Source of the DNA: a virus
Lineage: Duplodnaviria > Caudoviricetes
Length of the DNA: 60,740 nucleotides
Virus record (IMG/VR): IMGVR_UViG_3300035670_000223
Coordinates: 1-60,740 of that record
Reading direction: 5' to 3' (one strand)
Shown: piece after piece, positions 18,668-28,000 of the stretch
Layout: every line of letters begins with the position of its first letter
How positions within the stretch are numbered: the first letter of the stretch is position 1
Position numbers and translations under genes: made by a program
The notes under the pieces: model-generated
Seen by the model: only the letters and a program-made list of their open reading frames with translations
Database searches by the model: none
Told to the model about the DNA's origin: nothing

Positions 18668-18958
18668 ATGGAAGCAGTCAAATTTAGTCAAGAAGACATG
18701 GATAAAATTAAGAAAATTCAAAATCAATACTTCGCATTTTCTACTGAATTAGGGCAAATTGAAATAGAAAAAAATGCGCTTGAAAATAGATTAAACGCTA
18801 TTAATGAAGTTAAACAAGAAGCTTGGAAAAAATACGAAGAATTGAGAAAAGAAGAACAAGAGATGATTCAAGAATTTAATACAAAATATGGAGATGGTGT
18901 TTTAGACTTGGAAAGTGGAACATTCCAACCAAAATCCGAGGAATCACCTAATAACTAA
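18668..18958 (+). CDS. Small coiled-coil hypothetical protein
   Basis: 96 aa with strong SD ggagg; ends KYGDGVLDLESGTF. Confidence 0.8.
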   Translation: MEAVKFSQEDMDKIKKIQNQYFAFSTELGQIEIEKNALENRLNAINEVKQEAWKKYEELRKEEQEMIQEFNTKYGDGVLDLESGTFQPKSEESPNN

Positions 18959-18980
18959 ACAATTAATTTAGGAGAATATT

Positions 18981-21413
18981 GTGGCAGAAAGAATTGTAAG
19001 TCCTGGTGTATTTTCAAGAGAAATTGATTCGTCATTTCTCCCCCAAGCAGTGGCGCAAATTGGTGCTGCTTTAATAGGACCAACAATAAAGGGTCCTGCG
19101 TTTGTTCCAACACCGGTGGGATCATTTAGAGAATTTGTTACCAGATTTGGTGGATTTTCTGAAAATACATACCTACCATATACAGCAAAATCATATTTAA
19201 CTAACGCACCAAGTGCTACGATTGTTAGAGTATTAGGAACTGGTGGGTATGAACTAACTAATCCAATTGCTATTGTTGCAAATTCTGGAAGTGAATCACA
19301 TTTAATTTCAATGCTTCACCCAACATTCGTTGTTACAACAGATGGGTCTACTCCTTTATTTGAAGAATCCACTTTTGTAGAAGGCACAACCGCAGGATCC
19401 TTTGTATTAACTGTATCGGGTTCATTCGTAACTGATACGTCTACATTTACAAATGCCACAGATAAAAACGGAACAGCTTATTCAAGTTCAATCAATCCAA
19501 ATAGTACAGATTATATTGGAAAGCTATTTGGATACAGCCCAGTAGGAACCAGCCCCGTTTACAATTATTCATTGTTTGCAAACAAAGCAGCGGCTTTAAT
19601 TGAAAGCGGATTCGATTCAATTACGATTGAAACTGGATCTGCACTTGATAACTTTGATTTTCAAAATACATATCTACCAGCAGAAACGCCATGGATAACA
19701 TCCCAAAAAGTAGGTGGACAAACAATGAATTTATTCAAGCTTGTTCATCTTTCTGATGGTTCTGCCACAAATATGGACGTGAAAATAGGAATCGCGAATG
19801 TGAGAGCAGCCGGAACAATCGCTGGGTCACAATATGGGCAATTTGATGTTATAGTACGATATGTAGATCAAAGTGACATAAAAAATGCTCCGTTCACACA
19901 CGAAGATGATGATTTAAGGCCAGCAATAGTAGAACAGTTTACTTGTAATTTAGACCCAAATTCACCGCTCTTTATAGCAAGAGTTATTGGAGACAGATAT
20001 TATTCCGTAAATGAAGCTGGTGAAGTTAGTGTGTTGGGAGATTATCCAAACAAATCTAATTTTGTGCGTGTTCAATTAGATGAAGCGGTTAATAATGGTG
20101 CAATTGATCCATCGCTTGTTCCATTTGGATTTAGAGCATTATATAGCCCAATCCCATCTACGTTTACACAACCAGTTGCCGCAACATATGTTGCAGGTCA
20201 AACTATCGGTGGGACATATAATAAAAGAAAATATTGGGGATTTGATTTTGATTTCCAAAATACAGACAACGTAAATTATTTAGCACCGTTGCCAGTAAGT
20301 TCTCAATTATCAACCGGAAATAATGTTGATTTTGTTCTTTCCGATTACAGCCAATCACTTGGCGCGGCATTCCCATCAGCAGCATCACCATATACTGGAT
20401 CTATTGATTTAACATCGAACACATCATTAGATAGTAGAAAATTTATAGTTCCATTGCAGGGTGGATTTGATGGACAGAAGCCAAACCTACAGAAAAGAAC
20501 TGGTCAGTTTATAACAGCTGGAAATACGCAAGGATTTGATATATCATCAACATCCGCTGCTGGATATACCGCATACAAAAAAGCGTTAGACGCTGTATCA
20601 AATAAAGATGAATTCGATATCAATATGGTAATAACACCGGGTGTCTTACATTCGTTACATTCAGCAATAACAACATATGCGAAAGATATAGCAGAAGAAC
20701 GAGGAGATACTTTTTATGTTATGGACATTGCTGGATATGATGCATCAATAACAGATGCAGTTAGCACTGTTGCTGGTTTTGATTCTAGCTATACTGCAAC
20801 GTATTACCCATGGGTAAAAATAGTAGATACTGATAGAAATAAGCCAGTTTGGGTACCACCATCTGTAGTGCTCCCCGGTGTAATTTCATTTAGCGATAGA
20901 ATTGCAGCTGAATGGTTTGCACCTGCTGGTTTGAATCGCGGTGGTTTAACTGAAGTTATTCAAGCAAAATCAAGACTAACCCAAACACAGCGAGATAGTC
21001 TTTATGAAAATAGGATCAATCCAATTGCATCCTTCCCGGGTCAAGGAGTTTGTGTATGGGGGCAGAAGACACTACAGGGAAGACCGTCTGCATTAGACAG
21101 AATAAATGTTAGACGATTGTTAATAGCCGCTAAGAAATTTATTGCAGCTTCTACAAGATTCTTAGTGTTTGAACAAAATACCGCAGCAACACGAAATAGA
21201 TTCTTAAATATCGTAACACCATATTTAGAATCAATTCAACAACGTCAAGGATTATTTGCATTCAGAGTTATTATGGATGAAACAAATAATACTCCGGATG
21301 TAATCGATAGAAATATTATGTATGGACAACTGTATTTACAACCAACCCGGACGGCTGAATTTATTATACTTGATTTTAATATTCAACCAACTGGTGCAGA
21401 ATTCCCAGAATAA
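18981..21413 (+). CDS. Contractile tail sheath protein (gp18-like)
   Basis: SPGVFSREID N-terminus; YYPWV, WFAPAGLNRG, LYENRINPI, GQKTLQ, DRINVRRL, FEQN and DETNNTPDVID; GTG start with SD aggag. Confidence 0.97.
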   Translation: MAERIVSPGVFSREIDSSFLPQAVAQIGAALIGPTIKGPAFVPTPVGSFREFVTRFGGFSENTYLPYTAKSYLTNAPSATIVRVLGTGGYELTNPIAIVANSGSESHLISMLHPTFVVTTDGSTPLFEESTFVEGTTAGSFVLTVSGSFVTDTSTFTNATDKNGTAYSSSINPNSTDYIGKLFGYSPVGTSPVYNYSLFANKAAALIESGFDSITIETGSALDNFDFQNTYLPAETPWITSQKVGGQTMNLFKLVHLSDGSATNMDVKIGIANVRAAGTIAGSQYGQFDVIVRYVDQSDIKNAPFTHEDDDLRPAIVEQFTCNLDPNSPLFIARVIGDRYYSVNEAGEVSVLGDYPNKSNFVRVQLDEAVNNGAIDPSLVPFGFRALYSPIPSTFTQPVAATYVAGQTIGGTYNKRKYWGFDFDFQNTDNVNYLAPLPVSSQLSTGNNVDFVLSDYSQSLGAAFPSAASPYTGSIDLTSNTSLDSRKFIVPLQGGFDGQKPNLQKRTGQFITAGNTQGFDISSTSAAGYTAYKKALDAVSNKDEFDINMVITPGVLHSLHSAITTYAKDIAEERGDTFYVMDIAGYDASITDAVSTVAGFDSSYTATYYPWVKIVDTDRNKPVWVPPSVVLPGVISFSDRIAAEWFAPAGLNRGGLTEVIQAKSRLTQTQRDSLYENRINPIASFPGQGVCVWGQKTLQGRPSALDRINVRRLLIAAKKFIAASTRFLVFEQNTAATRNRFLNIVTPYLESIQQRQGLFAFRVIMDETNNTPDVIDRNIMYGQLYLQPTRTAEFIILDFNIQPTGAEFPE

Positions 21414-21469
21414 TATTTTTAAATTTATATAATTATTATAAAATAACATTTGACATTAAGGAGAAATAA

Positions 21470-21958
21470 ATGGCCGAACTTTTAAGCCCTACCGAAATTA
21501 TGTTTACTGCCTTTGAGCCCAAGGTATTAAATAGATTTATAATGTATATCGAAGGTGTACCTGCATATTTGATAAAGGCAGCACAAAGACCAAATATTAA
21601 TTTCGGCAAGGTTACAATGGAGCACATTAATGTTAAGCGTCAATTAAAGGGTAAAGGTGAATGGCAAGATTTGCAGATAAAATTATATGATCCGATTGTA
21701 CCTTCGGCGGCGCAAGCAACATTAGAATGGATTAGATTATCACACGAATCGGTAACAGGTAGAGATGGTTATGCAGACTTTTACAAAAAAGATATAACAT
21801 TCAATACACTTGGCCCGGTCGGTGATAAAATAGAAGAATGGACAATAAAGGGTGCATTTATCAAAGAAACAAACTTTGGCGATTTTGACTGGGGCACCGA
21901 AAGTGCAGTTGAAATTACATTGACGATATCATATGATTATGCAATATTGCAATTCTAA
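21470..21958 (+). CDS. Tail tube protein (gp19-like)
   Basis: FEPKVLNRF...YKKDI...EEWTIKGAF...ITLTISYD; follows the sheath; SD aaggag. Confidence 0.93.
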   Translation: MAELLSPTEIMFTAFEPKVLNRFIMYIEGVPAYLIKAAQRPNINFGKVTMEHINVKRQLKGKGEWQDLQIKLYDPIVPSAAQATLEWIRLSHESVTGRDGYADFYKKDITFNTLGPVGDKIEEWTIKGAFIKETNFGDFDWGTESAVEITLTISYDYAILQF

Positions 21959-21976
21959 TTAGAAAAAAAATATAAT

Positions 21977-22007
21977 AAAAAATCCCCCTTTGTGGGGATT
22001 TTTTTTT
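21977..22007 (+). terminator. Rho-independent terminator after tail tube
   Basis: AAAAAATCCCC-ctttgt-GGGGATTTTTT followed by a T run. Confidence 0.88.
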
Positions 22008-22018
22008 ATTTAAAAACA

Positions 22019-22027
22019 ATATTTATA
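22019..22027 (+). promoter_or_regulatory. Putative late promoter motif ATATTTATA
   Basis: Immediately after the terminator, upstream of the 2927-aa gene. Confidence 0.6.
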
Positions 22028-22072
22028 GTAGTAACCTACGCATAAAATTTATCTACATTATAGAGAGAAAAA

Positions 22073-25000
22073 ATGAAAATATTCGGAAATACCAATATTG
22101 ATGGACGACTTGTAGCTGATGCTGCATCTTTTGGTACATTTGGATTAAAAACTGGTGAAACAATACCAAATGTGTTTATAGCTGGTACCGATACACAAGA
22201 CTTCAGAAGCGTTCAGGGGAATCGCTCAGTCATTGCTCAAGGACAATATGATTATATAATAACATCACAAGATGTTGGTGGTGTCAATGAGCCTTCTTTT
22301 AAACAAACTGAAGATTTATTACAGGGCTCTGTTATGGGATACCGCGTACAACACGTGGATTCTAAAACAGTATATACATTAGTAGTTGAACGTAATAAAC
22401 CTGCAAATGTAACTGCATCTTTTATAAATGTTTCAGAAAACGGCGGTATAAAATTTGAACGTGCGTATTCAATAGGGATTACAGCGTTTGATATGGAATG
22501 GGTCAATGCAGATGAGGCATATGTAGTTGGTGGAAAGGTTACACCTGGTCTAGACAAAGTTTTTTGGGAAAAATTCAATAAATACGGCCTGCCAGTTATA
22601 ACTACTGCTTCAAACGCATCGAGTAAAACAGCTGTGGTTTATAAAAAAGAGGCAAATTCAAATAATTTTATACCTTGGGGTACATTCCCGGCAAGTTTTT
22701 TTAATGATTGTGCAACGGCAATTGCTGTAAATAAAGATGACAACGATATAGTTTTAGTTGGAACGGAGAATGGAAAAATATACAAATCTGCAGATGGTGC
22801 TCTTACTTGGCAACTTGTTTATAATGGTAGTAATTGCATTAATAAAATTAAGTTTGTAACTGGAAATTCCGCTCACGTTTGGGCAGTTGGTACTAATCAA
22901 ACATTGTTGAGGTCAACATTGGCAGGTGAAGCTGATACATGGGAAACCCTCTCTACCTCAGATTCGAGCAATATAGTTAAATATTATAAAGCAGCAAATG
23001 ATACACGTGTATCAATTGAACGTTCAAAAGCATTCAATGATATTTTATTACCAAATGTTGATAACGCAATCGTAATTGGTGATGATTTTAAATACGTTCT
23101 ACAAACATTAAATTCAAGCCAAGAAGCAGCTGAAGATATCGTTTGGAAAAAAAATCCAACAAATATATTTGCGGATTATGAGCCTATTACAAAAATAAAA
23201 TCCATAATAGTAAATACAACAGCGTACTATGCAGCAATATCGAGAGATAAACTTTTTTATACATCTGATATTAAATATGATAGGCTTTCATCAGACGCAT
23301 CAAATATTAATCTAGCTGGTTTAGACTGGAAAGAATATGCATTAACTGGGGATGGTGTAACCGGAGATGCCATTGATTTAGTTCTAGTAACAGATGAAAA
23401 CCCAACTGTAAATAACACGCAAGGATATGCTTTTATATTAACTACAAATGGATTGTATGAATTTGATTTTTCTACTAATAGATTAAGCCCAAAAAGACAA
23501 TTTCCATCGTCATTTACTTCATCACCATTGGGATTGGTTGCTCATAGTTACAGGGAAATATATATAACTGCTGAAAATGCAAAGATTCTAAGAGGAACAA
23601 AATTTCAATATTCATTTGAGAACAACTTTACATTTGTAGAAGAAACATCATCATTATCAACTGAAATTTTAACAAGCATAAATACTGCAAAAACAGGTAG
23701 AATTTTTGCAGGGACAAACGATGGTATTTTGATTTTTAAGGATACTGGGTCAATTATAGATGAAACAACATATTCAACTGATCCAGTCACATGGACGCAA
23801 GCTACATCAAGCCCAACGGGATCTGCACATACTATAGTACAATTACAAGCTATAGATAATGATAAAATATATGCGTTAATAAAGGATACTGGAACTTTAG
23901 ATACAGTTTTATTTAGATCGGATAATTCTGGAAGCAGTTGGTCTCAGTTGTATGCATATCCAGAGAACGTATCACAGTTTTTTGTTTATGATGATACACC
24001 ATCTAATGAAGAGATATACGCATTAAATCAAGATGGTACACTTATATATGCAACAGCAAATTCATTTTCTACAGTTACACAGTATGCAATTTCATCTGAT
24101 GATAATTCTAATTTTGAATCTATTGAGTACGATTCTACTCAAACGTCAAAAATATTTTTATTGACGGCTAGAAATGGTATTTCAATGACTGATTTACAAA
24201 CCGTTAAACGTGCTGGTCCGTTTGATAGCCAATGGACATTGTGTGCTATAACAGGTGAAGATGGAAATGATTTTTGGATCGCAGGTGGAACAACATTTAC
24301 AGCAAAAAGAGGAACACCAGCATTAAATGACCTTGGTTCAGAACCACTATTATTAAGATCAAGTGCAGTCCCGATTTCTCAAGGGCAAGGGGGTGAAATA
24401 TGGGAAAATTATACAGATAGAATTGAACCAGATGAACCACTGGTAACAGGTACTTCAGGTGGCGATTTTACTCTTACTAGTTTAAGTGAGGGTACTTACA
24501 TCGTTGAAGAAAGCAAAGACATATTTAATGTTTATTCTACAGCGAATGAAGGAGCATCATTTACAAAAGTAAATTCTAATCTTTACAGAGAAGATAACAT
24601 ATACCCCGGTAATATGGATGGTATACAAAAATTAAGATTTTATGATAATAAGTTTGGTGTCGCAGTTAGTGATATATCAATAGATGAAACATTAAAAACT
24701 GCAACTAATATAAACACTGACCCAAATACAACATCTAAAATTTCAATTACAAATGACGGTGGTGTTACTTGGAATTATGCATTTTTACCACTTGAATATA
24801 ATTTCACATCTGTATTTATAACCACAAAATCCTTAAATTTAAATACAAATCAAGATGAATATCAAATATTCGCAACGGCATATCCAACTGATGATTCATC
24901 AGACGGTGTAATATTTAAATCAGACACCTCTGGTCTTACATGGCAAATAATTTATACATTCCCACAGTCAACATCAGGATTATCATATAGGCCCGCTGAT

Positions 25001-28000
25001 ATCTTTTTTGTTAATGATTCAACCGGTTCGGTTTCAGTATATGGAAATATCAATGGAACACCTACCGTTGAGGGGATATATAAAACACAAAATGGTGGAA
25101 ATTCTTGGTCTTTTGTTACTATATCTGATTTTGCAGCTTCAAATACCAAAGGACATTTACAATTTATAACATCAAGAAAAGGGTATGTTGGTGGTGCACA
25201 CGGCACAGACAAATATTCTGGCTTATATAAAACTATAGATTCTGGAGATTCTTGGACTAGGATTTTAACACCATATTCTTCATCTGATAATAGTCCAATA
25301 ACTGCCCTTCACTTTTTAGATGAAGCGGTTGGTGTTATAGGTGTTGGCAATGAAATATGGAAAACAACAGACAGTGGATCATCGTGGTCAAGAACACACC
25401 AATTGAGGAGAATTGTTGGTAGAGATTTTGTAGGAGTCAGTGGTTCAATAAATGATATTAAATTTAATTCAAACGGAACACTTGGATTCGCAGTTGGATT
25501 TTATGCATCTACTAATGATTCTACACGGGGTGAGCATTTTGTACTTAAATCTATAGATTCTGGTTCATCGTGGACTGAAGTCGATTCCAACCATTCATAT
25601 GTTGATTTGGAATTTGATTTTGATAATAGTAGAAATTTAGTAGGACAACCGTCAAACCTATATACGATTGCTTTTGCAGAACAGGTAATATTGGCCGAAG
25701 AAAGTCAATCTGTAGTAGAACCAGATCCCGAAGAACCAAGACCAACGGATGACTGCTTTGGAAGTAAGTTCATGAGTGCATCGTATTATAACTTTGAAAA
25801 TTTTGCATATAAGTGTACTCCATCTGGATCTAGGCCAATATATCATCCAAATATATCTCAGAATATTGGATTAGGACGGGGTATATTTGGTCAGAGAACA
25901 TCTATTGACAGAGCTGTATTAAAAAATACAATCCGATATGGCGCAGCTCTTGGTGTAAATGCATTAGGAAAAGCAGAAAACAGTAAGGGCGATACTGCTG
26001 CTGGCTTTGGTGCAATGGATCAGATGGAAAATACTACAAATAACGTAGCTATTGGATATAAGGCATTGAGTTGGAACCGTCCCGATGCAAATTTAACCGG
26101 TGGAACAAATACAACAAGCACTGCTGGTGTAAATTCTCTTATATTTGCATTAAGAAATAATGCCGCATTGCTAGTATCAGAAAATGGTGGTAGATATTGG
26201 TCAGTAGATAGAACACAGCTGGCGGGCTATGGAACTGGATCGGAAAATTTAGAATTTAGAAAAATATACAAAGTAAGCAATGATGAAGTGCTTGTATTGG
26301 CAAATTCTATATCAGATGATCCGGGAGAAAAAACAGTAATTGCAAAATATAATAAAAAAGCAGATGATTATAGTGTAATATTTACTTCATCAATAGATAG
26401 AATCGATGAACTTGATGTCTTAACACCGTCGATTGTATATGGAATTGATACAAGACAGAAAAAATTCTTCAAATCTATATCAGGGGCAACTGGTTTTGAA
26501 ACTGGAAGTATTTCGGATACAGCTGGTAATTTTTTAAGATCCGTTAATATGTCATCGCAAACAGTAGGATTTATTGTTGGTTCCAAAATTTGGAAATTGC
26601 AAGATGGCAGTCAATTAGAATGGGAAACATCAAGTTATGCAGGTGAGCATATCATTAACGCTATAGACTATGTATCACCGGGAACACGCACATGGGTTGC
26701 AGTTGGTAATAGTGGATCTATTTATAGAACTACAGATAGAGGAGAGACTTGGTCACATATACAACCCAACATAACAACTCAGAATTTAAAGGACGTTAAA
26801 TCGGTTGGTAATAGGGTCATTGCAGTTGGCGATAGTGGAAGTATCCTTGTTAGTAATAATTCCGGATTAACATGGGCAAGTGGGCAATTTGTTCAGGATA
26901 ATGTTGAATATAAAACATTATCAAACATTACCATATTGGACAAAGACTCAATAATTGTTAATCATGATTCTGGATTAATAAAAACATCAGACGGTGGACG
27001 AAACTGGTATGATTTGGAAATACAAGATTTAGCTGAATACTTGTATGGAAGCTTTACCGGATCCGAAGATTTCCCAATGTTAATAAAATCAATTACAAAT
27101 ACAAGATATTCAGTTGATAGGGCGTTTGCACCTAGCAGTGATTTATCTATTATAAATCCATCTGCAGTACGACCAGTCCCTGAACAGATTGCCCAAACTC
27201 GTACTGTTGATGAAAACGTAGCAGTTGGTTCCTATAGCTTATATGCTACGGCAAATTCATCAAAGATGGTAGCGATTGGAGCGAACGCACTCAGAAGCGT
27301 ATCTTCTAATGAACAGGGGAGCCCTCCAAATTCTGGCGAGACAATTTTTTCAACAGCATACGATTTTGTTAGCAATATAACTGCTTCGGGTCTTCCAGCA
27401 ACATATGGTCAAATTGCAATCGGAGCAAACTCACAACAAAAATCAGATAACTCATTTTTTAATACTTCCGTTGGCTATGCTTCATTATATGAATTGGATA
27501 ACTCATCGTATAATACTGCAATTGGATTTTATAGCCAACATTTTAGTAACAATAACAGAAATACATCGCTTGGTGTTTGGGCACTTGGATTAAATGCTGA
27601 TTTAGGATTATCGGATGGAATACTATCTACGGATTCTACAGTAATTTCAAGTTCATTCTTTGGTGGAAGTGATAATATTGCAATTGGCTATAAAGCTTTG
27701 TTGAACAATGTTACTTCACACAGAGTATTTGAAATGAGAAGAGCCGGTACCGATGACCCATATGTTGGTCTGGCTTCACTGGGAAGTAGAAACATTGCAA
27801 TAGGAAATAATGCATTTTTAAATTCAAATGGTTCAGTTGATACAATAGCGATAGGACACGGCGCAGTTGAAAGACGCGGTAGTGATCTAACAGATTCTGT
27901 ATTTGTTGGGAATTTTGTTGGAGAGAATTTTGGACCATTAACCGGATCATATTATTCCAGTTCATTGGAAAATGATTGGAGATTAACTCAAACTGTAGCA